Below are positions 1 through 20,923 of a stretch of DNA of 64,000 nt, piece after piece. The stretch is from the human T2T-CHM13v2.0 reference genome, Homo sapiens: NCBI RefSeq assembly GCF_009914755.1, contig NC_060940.1; one strand, written 5' to 3'. The notes under the pieces are model-generated. The model saw only the letters and a program-made list of their open reading frames with translations. It made no database searches and had not been told where the DNA came from. The position numbers and the translations under genes are program-made. Numbering within the stretch: the first letter of the stretch is position 1; each line of letters opens with the position of its first letter.

Positions 1-564
1 GCTGAATGACACGGGTTGGCTTTCTTTTCCTTCCGAACATTAATCAGGTTCTTGAAGATAACATCTCTCTCTGGAACGAGCCGGCAGCAGCAGAGTTTGA
101 TTTCCAGGTTCAGCCCTAATGGTACAGAGACCTGGACTAATGTGGCTTATTCAAAGTTCCAGCCATGCTTCTAAAGCATGGCTTATTCGAACTTCCAGCT
201 ATGCTTTTAAAGCACTTTGCATGAACTATTCACATGTCTTTTGAACAATATGATTTAATGGCATTGGAAAATCATCATGATGTCATGCTTGCAATGAGCA
301 GGACAGCTGTATGTCTTGATCCAATACACATTAAAAATGCACCTATCCACACATATGTATCTGTGAAAATGTCTTCAGCTGCAAGTAACACAGCGTCCGA
401 CGACTAGTGTCTTAAATCTTGGGTGACCAGCTGTCTCTGTTTGCCTGGGACTGAGAGGTTTCCAAGGATCTGGAAACTGCAGTGCAGAAACTGGGACAGC
501 CCCAGGCAAACCAAGTCAGTTGTTCACACTACTTAAGTCATAAGGACATTTAATATTTACTTGA

Positions 565-855
565 GGCTGGACACAGTGGCTCACACCTGTAATCCCAACA
601 CTTTCGGAGGCTGAGGCAGGTGGATCACGAGGTAAGGAGTTCAAGACCAGCCTGGCCAAGATGGTGAAACTCCATCTCTCCTAAAAATACAAAAATTAGC
701 CAGGCTTGGTGGTGGATGCCTGTAATCCCAGCTACTCGGGAAGCTGAGGCAGAGAATGGCTTCAACCTGTGAGGCGGAGGTTGCAGTGAGCCGAGATCAT
801 GCCACTGCACTCCAGCCTGGGCAACAGAGCTAGACTCCGTCTCAAAAAAAAAAAA
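565..855 (+). mobile_element. Alu (full length)
   Basis: Dimeric Alu consensus with A tail. Confidence 0.95.
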
Positions 856-964
856 TTTTTTTGACTTGATAAGCAGTCCAGATGCAGGTGGCCCGAGGGT
901 CAGTGGGGTGGCCCCAGGATGCTATCAAGGGTCTGGCTGTTTCCTTTCCTCCCCTCTGCCCTAG

Positions 965-1647
965 ATAGCGAACCTGTCCCCTTCTGCCCATGGGTAGTAA
1001 GCCAATCGCTGTTATGATGGATTTGGCAAAAGAAAAGAATTTATTCACACCAACGCAGCCAAGCAAGGAGGCAGGAGAAAAGGTCTCATACTTGCCTCCC
1101 TGAAGATGGAATTTAGGGATCTTTATGGAATAAAGGAGCAGGGTGGTCTAAAGTGTGGGAAGAGGTGATTGGAGGCAAGGAAAAGTGAGGTCATTGGCAA
1201 TCTGCACATACATAGCCAAGCTTCCTGGATCTTCATAGGGTGCATGTTTAGAAAATGGCAGCATTAGCATGATCTCGGGGAGTTTTGGGCCCTCTGACGT
1301 CAAAAGGTCACTTCTCCGGCATTTGCACAGGTTCAGTTGAAGGGTCATTGATCTCAACGGGTTCGAACTGGACAGGAGCTGCCCCCATAGTCCTGAAAAA
1401 CAACTTTAAGCAACCATTACCGTAGTCACATATGTGTCGTAGCGACATATATGTGACATATGACATATATGTACCATAATGACATATAGTGACATATGTA
1501 AGGAAGCCGGTGGGGGGGTTAGGTATATATCATTTGGCTGCTTGACTTTTAGCTATATAAGTTTTAAGACCAGCTAGAAGTAAGTGGTTAAAAGCAAGCA
1601 AGGCAAGTTAAGTTTGGTGGGCTTCATCAGGTTAGCGTTCGGTTTCG
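965..1647 (-). mobile_element. ERV1-type solo LTR (family uncertain, boundaries approximate)
   Basis: Similar to reverse-oriented MER4-group LTRs; interrupts an older MLT1-like element. Confidence 0.55.
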
Positions 1648-1988
1648 CCATTCTCACGTGAGTGGCTGTAGGAGCTTAGGACCAGGACAGGGGAGAACCG
1701 AAGGCCCTAATTATCCTTCCCAGAAGCCTGCCCAAGCGGAGTTTCTCTTAAGGGCTTTCTCTAAGCCCACCAAACTTAACTTGCCTTGCTTGCTTTTAAC
1801 CACTTACTTCTAGCTGATCTTAAAACTTATATAGCTAAAAGTCAAGCAGCCAAATGATATTTAACTAAACCCTCCACTGGCTTCCTTATATATGTCACTA
1901 TATGTCATTATGTTACATATATGTCATATGTCACCTATATGGCACTATGACACATACGTGACTATGGTAATGGTTGCTTAAAGTTGTT
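1399..1988. repeat. Inverted repeat with 226-bp arms (1399-1624 and 1763-1988) and a 138-bp spacer
   Basis: Manual alignment of the left arm to the reverse complement of the right arm: ~14 mismatches, no gaps. Confidence 0.95.
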
Positions 1989-2633
1989 CTCTTACATTTC
2001 ATTGGCCCAGAGTAGATGTCATAGCTACCTCCACTTGCAAGAGAGCCTGGAAAAGTATGTGTCTAGCCAAAGCAAATGGGATTCTGTGACTGGCTTCCAT
2101 CAAGGCAGGGCAGGTTGCCTCCTGGACAAATCAGAGCTCTGGGAGAAAGCGGGAGGGGAAGGTCTACAACCAATCATGCCCGCTGCAACTCATGGAGCCA
2201 CATGGAGAGGAGACAACACGGTGAAATTGTCAAGAGCAGGAGCTAGGGCTGAATCTGGAAGGCCACTTACCAGTGCAGAGCTTTGGGTGTGTTGCTTAAC
2301 CTCCATGTACTCATCTGTAAAATAGAGCTAAAAACAATGTTTCTCTTCCTGGACTGCTGTGACGGTCTAGAAGAGTTTATGCACAGAAAGTGCATTTACA
2401 TGTAAATGCTCCGTAAATGCTGACTTCTTGTTTGCCTTAATGGCAGAACCCATCCTTCCATATTCCAGAAAAAGACTTGATTTTTAGTTACGTGAATGGA
2501 CACCTAACCCTGATGGACAGCTTGGGGTCGGGGGACAAGCTTCTTTCTTGGAAGGATGTTCAAAGGACCATGAAGCTTTTGGTTTTGCCAACTGGGGTTT
2601 GTAAGTTGAAGAACAGAGCTGAGTAATTCAGGA

Positions 2634-2836
2634 CAGGGGTGTCCAATCTTTTGTCTTCCCTGGGCCACATTGGAAGAATTGTCTTGGACCACACATAAAA
2701 TACACTTATAGTAACAATAGCTGATGAGCTTAAAAAAAAAATCACACACAAAAAAAATCTCATGTTTTAAAAAGGTTTACAAATTTGTGTTGGGCTGCCT
2801 TCAAAAGCCATCCTGGGCCTAATTTGGACAAGCTTG
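2634..2836. mobile_element. MER30 (hAT-Charlie DNA transposon)
   Basis: CAGGGGTGTCCAA...TTGGACAAGCTTG termini; 8-bp TSD attcagga/atttagga. Confidence 0.8.
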
Positions 2837-3182
2837 ATTTAGGACCTGATGGTCCTCCTTTAGCGGAAGGTATGTGGAGGAGGTAGAGAGAGAGAGAGAA
2901 GAGATGAGACATGAGGAAAACAGAGCCATCTCATAGGGACGTTGATGGAGTCCTGCAGCGTGAATCCCGTCAGCAGTTCTGTAGAGCTCCACCTCGCTTG
3001 TCAATGGGTTGTGGGCTTGGATCTTTTGGGAGGATTCAATGACATGCTAAGGGCAGCCTTGGAGGTGGACAAAGGGCCAGGGCAAAGGCCCCCAGGGCAT
3101 GCCCGCCACCCTTAGGTTACATGGAGGAAAAAGATTGCTGTGAAATACACCAGAACCCTCGGAGTAGAAGTGGCCTCTGCTA

Positions 3183-5122
<1,940 letters not shown>

Positions 5123-5319
5123 CATAAATAAATAATTAAAAATGAGTTAGGTGAGACAGAAAAGGAAGTCACTGTACCATGGCCCTTTGAGCCAGAGTTG
5201 TTTGGTGCCAAAACTCTGCCTCCTAATCACTACCTGTCTCTCCTTTTGTCCTTTCTCCATCTTCTCCTCTCTTACCTCTCAAAAATTATCAATAATTTGA
5301 TAATTCTGTGGTTAGAATC

Positions 5320-5535
5320 CAAGATTCCTCAACTTCAGTGTGATTGACATGGTGGCTGGCTCACTTTCTGTTGTGGGAGCTGTTCTGTGCACAGTAGGAT
5401 GTTTAGCAGTGTCCCTGGTCTCTACCCACTAGATGCCAGTAGCAACCACACCCCTCCCCAACACACACTCAATTATAATAACCAAATATGTCTCCAGGCA
5501 TTGCCAAATGTTCCTGGGGACCAAGATTGCCCTGA
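5320..5535. mobile_element. MER20 DNA transposon
   Basis: Characteristic ctctacccactagatgccagtagc and ttgccaaatgt motifs. Confidence 0.75.
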
Positions 5536-5820
5536 TGTAGCCTGATCTCTGCAAAAGCGTCTGGAGTCTCTCCAGTTGAACGATCGCTGATAGAAACTCA
5601 CGGGAACAGTCTGTGCCCTCCCGGCAAGTCCACGCTCATTCGAGGCAGCTGTCACCTGCTAGGACATTCCAGGGCACGACTTGAAAAATGCTTGGCGTGC
5701 CTCTGACAACAAGAGATGCAGGCTGAAGCAAGGCATTCCTGCCTCTTGTCCTGAAACTGGGATGCTGGCATTAGAATGGACAGCATGAGTTGTTCTTGAG
5801 TGGCAAAAGGCAAGGGGTCC

Positions 5821-7917
<2,097 letters not shown>

Positions 7918-8355
7918 AGGGCCCCATGCTGGTATACAGATGGCACTGCTGAAAGGAGTCAGCAGCCCCGGCCCTTGATGGAGACGCTGAGGAACGAGGC
8001 AGAAAGATCAGTGGACTCAGACTCCGAAGGGTCGATTTCTAGTTCTGGTCCTGCCCCCATGAGCTGTGTGTACTCAGTTGAGCCTCTTTACCTGTTTCCG
8101 CATGAGTAAAATGAAAATATGATTTCTGTCCTCTGGTTTTTCCTAGGATAGTTGTCAGGAGCAAAGTAAGATACTGGCTCCAAGCTGACCCACTACATCC
8201 CTTACCTGCTTCAGTCTTCTTTGTAACATCTGAAATATTGTATTTGGGTTTACCTTCTGTCTCTGCTAGCAAAATGTCATCTTCCTGAGGGCTTGGTCTT
8301 CTTTGCTGTTGCAAGCCTCAGAGATGACAACAATGCCCAACATAGTAGATGTTCA

Positions 8356-12030
<3,675 letters not shown>

Positions 12031-12038
12031 AAGAGAGA

Positions 12039-12918
12039 ACTGAGTAATTTATAAAGAAAATAAGTTTAATTGGCTCACAGTCCTGCAGGCTGTACCAGAA
12101 GCATGATGCTGGTGTCTGCTCAGCTGCTGGAAGGCCTCAGGAAACTTATAATCATGGCGGAAGACAAGGGAGCAGACATGTCACGTGCCCAGAGCAGGAG
12201 CAAGAGAGTGAGGCGGGAGGTGCCACACACTTTTAAAAGACCAAATCTCATGAGAACTCACTATCACAAGGACAGTACCAAGGAGGATGGGGCTAAACCA
12301 TCATGAGAAACCTCCATCATGATCCAATCACCTCTCATCAGGCCACGCCTCCAACACTGGGTATTACATTTCAATATGAGATTTGGGCGGGGACACACAT
12401 CCAAACTATATCAGAATGGATGCTGCTGATTGGTTGGGGATGCAATCATAGGTGTGTGAAAAATGATTCTCAGGGGTGCTAAGTCCACTTCTGGGTGGCA
12501 GGTCCACGTGGATCATCATTCATCAGAAATGCAAAACCTAAAGAGATATCTCAAAAGGCTGATCTTAGATTCTGCAATAGTGATGTTATCTGCAGGAGTA
12601 ATTGGGGAAGTTGCAAATCTTGTGACCTCTGGAATAATGGCAGTAGTCATTTATGTCTACACCTTAGCAGAATTCAGCCTCCTCCCATCCTTCTAACATG
12701 GGGGCCTTTTATTAGCTTTACAAAGGCAGTTTAGTTGGTGGAAAAGGTTATAATCATTTAAACTATAAACTAAATGTCTCCCAAAGCTAGCATGGCCTAA
12801 ACCTGGGAATGATTAAGGGCAGCTTGGAGGTTAAAGGCAAGATGGGGGTTGGTTAGATCAGATCCCTTTCACTGTCCTAATTTTCTCACTGTTATCATTT
12901 TTGCAAAGGTGTTTTCAA
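12039..12918 (-). mobile_element. MSTA/B-like MaLR LTR (~12039-12413) followed by an LTR8/MER4-group LTR fragment
   Basis: aaactatatca MaLR terminus; tail similar to the LTR8 at 16050-17391. Confidence 0.65.
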
Positions 12919-13368
12919 ATAGGCCAGATAAGCACCCACCATTACCCTTGACTTGAATGTTTTTGCCATGCTGTCAGTTCAATAACTATGTCCCAAGAGG
13001 CTGTTCTGCAGCAAGCTCTGAACCTAGGAGCCGGGCTTGCAGTGATGAACAGAGAACGGTTCTCCACTCTCAAGGAGCCCCCAGGTTAGCAGAAAGAGAC
13101 TGGGCCCAGCACACAGTGGGTGCCCATAAGTGGCAGTTCTTACTGAGCTACAAGTGCAGCATGATGAGCCTTAGAGCAGCGTTTCCCAACCTTCAACTAT
13201 TGACATTTGGGGTTGACAAATGTCAGTATCTTCCTTTGGGGTTGATCATTTTTTGTTGGGGGTACGGGGCTCTGTGTTGTGTCTTGTGGGATGTTGAGTT
13301 TCATCCCTGGCCTCTACCCACTACAGGCCATTAGCACAACGTACCTCTCCGCTACCCCTCAATGGTGA

Positions 13369-13992
13369 TGTTACCTGAAAGGGATCCTGATCCAGACCCC
13401 AAAGTTCTTGGACCAAGAGCAAGAAAGAATTTAGGGCGAGTCCGTAAAGTGAAAGCAAGTTTATTAAGAAAGCAAAGGAATAAAAGAATGGCTACTCTGT
13501 AGGCAGGGTAGCAGCTTGGGCTCCTCGATTGATTGTACTTATAGCTATTTCTTGATTATATGCTAAACAAGGGGTAGATTATTCATGAGTTTTCTGGGAA
13601 AGGGGTGGGCAATTCCCACAACTGAGGGTTCCTCCCCTTTTTAGACCATGTAGGGTAACTTCCTGATGTTGCCATGACATTTGTAAACTGTCATGGCACT
13701 GATGGGAGTACCTCTTAGCATGCTAATACCTTATAATTAGCATATAATGAGTAGTGAGGACGACCAGAGGTCACTTTCATCGCCATCTTGGCTTTGGTGG
13801 GTTTTGGCAACCTTCTTTACTAATGCTGTTTTATCAGGAAGGTCTTTGTGACCTGTATCTTGTGCCGACCTCCTATCTCATCTTGTGACTTAGAATGCCT
13901 AACCTCCTGGGCATTCAGCCCAGTAGGTCTCAGCCTTATTTTACCCAGCCCCTATTCAAGATGGAGTCACTGTAGTTCAAACCCTTCTGACA
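13369..13992 (-). mobile_element. MER51-like ERV1 solo LTR inserted in a MER20
   Basis: TG...CA termini; 4-bp TSD GTGA; MER20 halves on each side. Confidence 0.75.
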
Positions 13993-14076
13993 GTGACAAC
14001 CAAAAATGTCTATAGATGTACAGATGTTGCTGAATGTACCCCAAGCGAGGTCAGGGGGGTGTGCAACATTGCCCTA

Positions 14077-14891
14077 TGAAAGGAAAATAAAGTCCCAGGA
14101 CCCCAATTCACTATACCAAAAGGAAAAGTTAAGCTTGGGAACTATGAGTCATACAAAAACCTACTTTTTTTTTTTTTTTTGAGACGGAGTCTCGCTCTGT
14201 CCCCCAGGCTGGAGTGCAGTGGCGCGATCTCTGCTCACAGCAAGTTCCGCCTCCCGGGTTCATGCCTCAGCCTCAGTCTCCCGAGTAGCTGGGAGCCTGT
14301 AGGCACCTGCCACCACGCCCGGCTAATTTTTTGTATTTTTAGTAGAGGTGGGGTTTCACCGTGTTAGCCAGGATGGTCTCGATCTCCTGACCTCATGATC
14401 CACCCACCTCAAGCCTCCCAAAGTGCTAGGATTACAGGTGTGAGCCACCACACCCAGCCAAAACTGCCTTTCTTTTTTTCCTAAACAGATAGCTGCAAGA
14501 TAGAAAGGCCACCTATCTTCCCAGGGGCCTCCCTCACCCTGTCAATGTAAATTAACAGCTTATCCTAACAGGTAGGGGACTAAGACAAGACTATAAATCA
14601 TCGTCCCTCCGCCCACCCGGAGACAAATGCACATTTGACTTCCTCCTCTACTCCGCGTTTCCTTTATCCTATGTAAAATGCAAATTCACTGAGGGCCAGA
14701 GAATGCAATCCTCCCCTTCCTGCCCTCTCTTTCCCCTTTAAATATTGAAGTCCTTAAGATCCTCTGCAGAAAAAAGCACAGGCCGGGGATCCTATTGCTG
14801 CCTGTGTCTCTTTTTCCCAGGTGCCTCCTCGACTTTGGCAAAATAAACCTCCAGATTGATTGAGACCTTCTCAGACACTTTGCAGCTTACA
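14077..14891 (+). mobile_element. ERV1 solo LTR, sense to BMERB1, containing a reverse Alu at 14165-14459
   Basis: tgaaagg...ttaca termini; TATA-like element and AATAAA (~14842) in LTR order. Confidence 0.6.
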
Positions 14892-15532
14892 GCTCCCACA
14901 TAAGAACTACTACTTTAGTAATTAGAGTGCAGCAATCTGGGTTTGAATTCAGCCTTAGCAGGCAGGTGAACTTCGTGAAAGTTCGCGACTTAATTTCTCT
15001 GAGCCTTGAATTCCTTGTTGGGAAAATGAGGCCAATAATACTACCCCCCGCATGGTTGTTGTGAATATCCCATAAATAACAAAGGCAAGGTGTAGGAGTC
15101 TTCCACACAGTCTTGTTGTAAGGGTAGTGTGCGCAATGACAGTAGAACTGAATCCTCTAGCTTTCGTGAGCATTTACTAGGTGCCCAGCACTGTGTAGGC
15201 CCTAAGGATAAACGAGTGAATAGACTTTCCTAGTTGAAAGAGAGCGACAGCTAGTGGGTATGGGGTTTCTTCTGGGGGTGATTAAAATGTTCTAAAATGG
15301 ATTGTGGTGATGGTTGCACAACTCTGCAAATACACTTGGAACAGATGAACTGCATGGTATGTGAATCATATTGCAATAAAGCTGTTACCAAAAAAAGTTA
15401 AATGTCAAACATAAAACAACGAAGGAATGAGGGAAAAGTACCAAAGTCTATTCTCCACCCACTAGAAACCCCAATGCAATTGATCTGGCATTGTTGGCTT
15501 TGGACTCTGGCATTGTAATAGAACTCAACTTG

Positions 15533-15897
15533 TGATATGGTTTGGCTGTGTTCCCACCCAAATCTCATCTTGAATTGTAGCTCCTATAATCCCCGTGTGT
15601 TGTGGGAGGGACCCAGTAGGAGATGATTGAATCATGGGGGACAGTTTCCCCCATACTATTCTCATGGTAGTGAAGAAGTCTCATGAGAGCTGATGGTTTT
15701 ATAAGGGGTTTCCCCTTTCGCTTGATTCTCATTTTCTGTGCTGCCTGCTGCCAAGTAAGACGTGCCTTTTGCCTTCTGCCGTGATTGTGAGGCCTCCCCA
15801 GCCACGTGGAACTGTGAGTCCATTAAACCTCTTTTTCTTTATAAATTACCCAGTTGCGGGTATGTTTTTATCAGCAGCGTGAAAATGGACTAATACA
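15533..15897 (+). mobile_element. THE1 MaLR solo LTR
   Basis: tgatatggtttggctgtg...ggactaataca; 5-bp TSD ACTTG/ACTAG. Confidence 0.9.
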
Positions 15898-16049
15898 ACT
15901 AGGGTCTGCTTTCCTGGCACAGTAAGACCAGCTGTCTCCCCAGAGTTTTTGCAGTGGTAAAAAGGAAACAGTTTATTTGCAAGGCTCCAAGCCAGGAGGA
16001 CTGGGCAGCTAATGCTTCAAGCCTGACCTCCTCAATGGCTTATAGGTAA

Positions 16050-17391
16050 TGTTCTGTCCAACAGGTTCACCTTGCCCTCTGCCTAGACAAACCTGACTTA
16101 TCAAGACTGGGGAATTACAATAGAGAAAGAGTAATTCATGCATAGCCGGCTGAGGGAGACTGGAGTTTTATTATTCCTCAAATCAGTGCCCCTGAGCATT
16201 CCAGGATCAGAGTTTTTAAAGACGATTTGGTGGATGGGGGTGGGGGTGCAGTGAGAATGGAGTGCTGATTGGTTGGGTCGGAGATGAAATCACAGGGAGC
16301 CGAAGCTGTCCTCTTGCACTGAGTCAGTTCCTGGGTTGGGGCCACAAGGTCAGATGAGCCACTTTATCTGGGTGGTACCCACTGACCCATCAAGTGCACG
16401 GTCTGCAAAATACCTCAAGCATTGATCTTGGTTTTTACAATAGTGGTGTTATCTTCAGGAGTAATCTGGGGAGGGTCAGCATCTTGTAGCCTCCAGCTGC
16501 ATGATTCCTAAACCATAATTCCTAATCTTGTGCTTAATTTGTTAAGTCCATTTTCACACTGCTGTCAAGAACTGCCCAAGACTGGGTATAACGGAAAGAG
16601 GTTTCATTGACTCACAGTTCGGCATAGCTGGGGAAGCCTCAGGAAACTTACAATCATGGTGGAAGGTCAAGGAGAAGCAAGGCACTCTCTTCACAAGGTG
16701 ACAGGAAGGAGAATGAACGCAGGAGGAACTGCCCAACCCTTATAAAACCATCAGATCTCATGGAACTCACTCACTATCATAATTCCTAATCTTCTGGTTA
16801 ATTTGTTAAGTCCATTTTCACACTGCTGTCAAGAACTGCCCAAGACTGGGTATAAAGGAAAGAGGTTTCATTGACTCACAGTTCGGCATAGCTGGGGAAG
16901 CCTCAGGAAACTTACAATCATGGTGGAAGGTGAAGGAGAAGCAAGGCACTCTCTTCACAAGGTGACAGGAAGGAGAATGAACGCAGGAGGAACTGCCCAA
17001 CCCTTATAAAACCATCAGATCTCATGGGAACTCGCTCACTATCACGAGAACAGCATGGGGAAACTGCCTGCGTGATTCAGTCACCTCCACCTGGTCTCTC
17101 CTTTGACACGTGGGGATGATGGGGATTATAATTCAAGATGAGTTTTGGGTGGCGACACAAAGCCTAACCGTATCACCTACAAATGCAGTCTAGTTCCCAG
17201 GCAAGAAGGGAGTTTGTTTTGGGAAAAGGCTGTTATCGTCTTTGTTTTAAATGATAAAGTAAGTTCCTCCCATAGTTAGTTCAGCCTATGCCCAGTAATG
17301 AACAAGGACAGCTTGGAGGTTAGAAGCAAGATGGAGTTGATTAGGTCAGATCTCTTTCACTGTCTCTTATAATTTTGCAATGGCGATTTCA
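16050..17391 (-). mobile_element. LTR8-like solo LTR interrupted by a reverse THE1 (~16540-17175)
   Basis: LTR8-like sequence on both sides of the insert; the THE1 ends at cctaaccgtatca. Confidence 0.8.
16514..17042. repeat. 264-bp tandem duplication (copies start at 16514 and 16778)
   Basis: Near-identical copies; twin ORFs at 16554 and 16818 in the supplied track. Confidence 0.95.
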
Positions 17392-17600
17392 GTGCAGGTT
17401 TTTAAAGGCAGGGGTAAATTTCAGTCAAGCAGAAGTTACAGGCAAAATTGTAAATCAATACATTGAGATTACATATCAATTTTGGCCTAAAAGGGCTGCA
17501 TACGTTGAAGCTGGGGCTCACAGGTCATAGGTAGATTGAAAGATTTTCTAATTTGCAATTGGTTAAGGAAGAGAAGCTTTGTTTAAAAATCGGGGGTCAA

Positions 17601-18012
<412 letters not shown>

Positions 18013-18327
18013 TCAGTCCTTAGTCTTCCTTTATCTGACGTCTATATGCCAGTGGATCCATTTGGTAGGGTCCTGGGTTTCTGAAAAACAACTCAGACAT
18101 ATATGCTAAGATGTTTATCTTCAGTTTCTATAGAAAACAAAACATCTCCAGATTCTAACTTCCTTGGCTATTGTTTTAGGCTACTATTACCTTCTTACTG
18201 ATAAGTTGCTTATTGACTTTTCAAGGCTAGCTAGGTGCCTAGAATTTCCTTTGAGGGAACTCAAGATTTTCCTTTATTTCCATGCTTGGGGTGGGGGTCT
18301 CCCACAGACCCCAAAAGGGAGTCCCTG

Positions 18328-18818
18328 TGTTACTGGTGGAAGGTGTCCAGGTTCTTGGTGTTTTGAACAAAGAATTGGACAAAATGCACACACAAACAAA
18401 ATAAGCGAGGAAAGAATGAAGCAACAAAAGCAGAAATTTATTGAAAATGAAAGTACACTCCATAGGGTGGGAGTGTGCCTGAGCATAGGGGCTCAGGAGC
18501 CCCAATACAGAATTTTCTGAGGTTTAAATACCCTCTAGAGGTTTCCCGTTGGCTACTTGGTGTACACCCTATGTAAATGAAGTAGTGGCCCACAATTAGT
18601 CTGATTGGTCGCAGAAAGCTTTTGCAGTTGCTTTCTGCGACCAATCAGATATACTTTCAATTTCTCATGTGACACACAGAAAAGGAGGAGGGTTTGCAAA
18701 GGGAGTAGCCTCCAGTCCTTTTGTTACTTATGTGTGGAAAGTTGGGGTTTTTCTTTTGATTTAGTTCTAGGAAGTTGGCCCTAGGTTCCCTGCCTCCAGA
18801 CCATATTCTCCTGCCTCA
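18328..18818 (-). mobile_element. MER51-like ERV1 solo LTR
   Basis: tgttactgg...cctgcctca termini; TSD CCTG. Confidence 0.75.
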
Positions 18819-18842
18819 CCTGATCCATCTCAGCATTAGTAA

Positions 18843-19151
<309 letters not shown>

Positions 19152-19550
19152 GAGCATTGGCAATTTTTAAAGCTTTGCACCTGATTGTGATAAGCAGGGA
19201 CGGTTAGGAACCGCCAGGCCTGTTCCCCTCTCTCATTTCACAATTCTCCAAGGATTAGTCTGGCTGAAAGGTACAGAAACCCATCCAAGCTTATGTAAGC
19301 ACAAAACAAACAATTACTGGAAGGACAGTGGAGTCTCCTGAAGCCCTAGGGCATTACATTCATTTCCCAGAGCTGCCTAACAAATTGGTGCAAACTGGAT
19401 GGCTTAAGCAACAGAAATGTATTCTCTCTCGGTTCTGGATGTATTCTCTTTCGGTTCTGGAGGCCAGACATCCAAAATCGAGGTGTCAACAGGGCCTTGT
19501 TCCCTGCTAAGGCTCTAGAGGAGACTCCTTTGCCTCTTAGCTTCTGGTAG

Positions 19551-20923
19551 TGTTAGTGAAGTAGTGTTGTTGACTGGGGTAAATACCCAAGGTTCGTTGT
19601 CTCTCTCCAAGCAGATTAAGGACACAGACACTGACATACAGAGGAGTGAGTTTAGGAGTGGAGGTTTAATAGGCAAAAGAAAGAGAAAAGGGAACAGCTC
19701 TCTCGGTCTCTCTCGAGAAGTCCCTGAATGGGAATTCCGGCCTGTGGCAGACTGCACCAAATTTTATAGACAAGCTTGAGGAGGTGGTGTCTGATTTACA
19801 TAGGGCCCACAGATTGGTTGGAGCAGGTGTGACGTTTGCATAGTGCATGGGAAGGCTGGCCACCCCACCCTAATCTTATCATGCAAATGAACTTTCCACT
19901 TGGGCGGCGCCATGTTGTCTCCTCCTTACTGTACACATGGCTGGCAAAGAGAAGGGAGCGTGGAGCCGCCATTTTGAACATACCTAGACCAGGTGGCCTT
20001 TTCCTATGGGCACAGCTGCCAGCATTCACCCGTGTAAGCTTCCAGCTCCCTTGACTATGTCTACAGCTCGATTTTACTGGCTGCTCCTTGTTAGAAAAGA
20101 AAATGATTTGGGGGTTGCTTTTCATTAAAAGGAAAACCTTACCGAGGACTTCCTTACCCTATCTGCCTAAATAATTTCTTCTTCACTCCTGTATCATTAG
20201 CAGTAGCAAATCCATACGAGTCTGAAGCAACTTGATACTTGCCTCCTCAGAGGAAATAATTCCACCAGCGGGCATAAGGCAGAGTGAGAGACCGAGGCAA
20301 GTTTTAGAGAAGGAGCAAAAGTTTATTAACAAGTTTTAGAGCAGGAATGAAAGGCAGTAAAGGACACTTGGAAGACGGCCAAGTGGGTGATTTGAGAGAT
20401 CCAAGTGCACCGCTTGACCTTTGATTTGGGGTTTTATATGTTGGCATGTTCCGGGGTTTTATATGTTGGCATATTCCAGGGTTTTATGTCTCTCCTCCCT
20501 TCATTTTCCCTCAGGGCAGGTTGTGCGCATGCGCAGTGGCCTGCCAGCGCTTGGGAGAGGCTGCAAACACAGTGTATTTACAGAAGTCATGGGCCTGATT
20601 ATTTGAGATGTTTTTCCCTCACCAGTTGAGTGTTCCTAGAGGAAGGTCATATACCAGTTAGACTCCGCCATTTTGCCTCTTAATGTGCATGCTTGAGCCC
20701 AGTTGCCCAACTCCTGAGATCTCATCGGGAAACCGCTGATAACTTCAGGTGTTTTCTGTCTGTTGGGAGATGGCCTTTCCCTGGCACCAGCTGTGACCAA
20801 TTATTATTTTAGAGAGACAATTTTAACAACTGCCTGACATCACCTGATGGTTGCCTGGCATTCCTTGGGGGGGAAATCCCCTCTCCTTTCTTGCTCATGG
20901 CTGCCTGGCTACCTACTCTAACA
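19551..20923 (-). mobile_element. MER50-like LTR (TSD GTAG/GTAA) inside an MLT1, containing an LTR9-like LTR at 19557-20196 (TSD TTAG)
   Basis: TG...CA termini and TSDs readable at both levels. Confidence 0.75.

Noticed and set aside
16554-17000. Two near-identical 60-aa ORFs suggesting a duplicated gene
   Set aside because: Both are THE1 LTR sequence inside the 264-bp duplication
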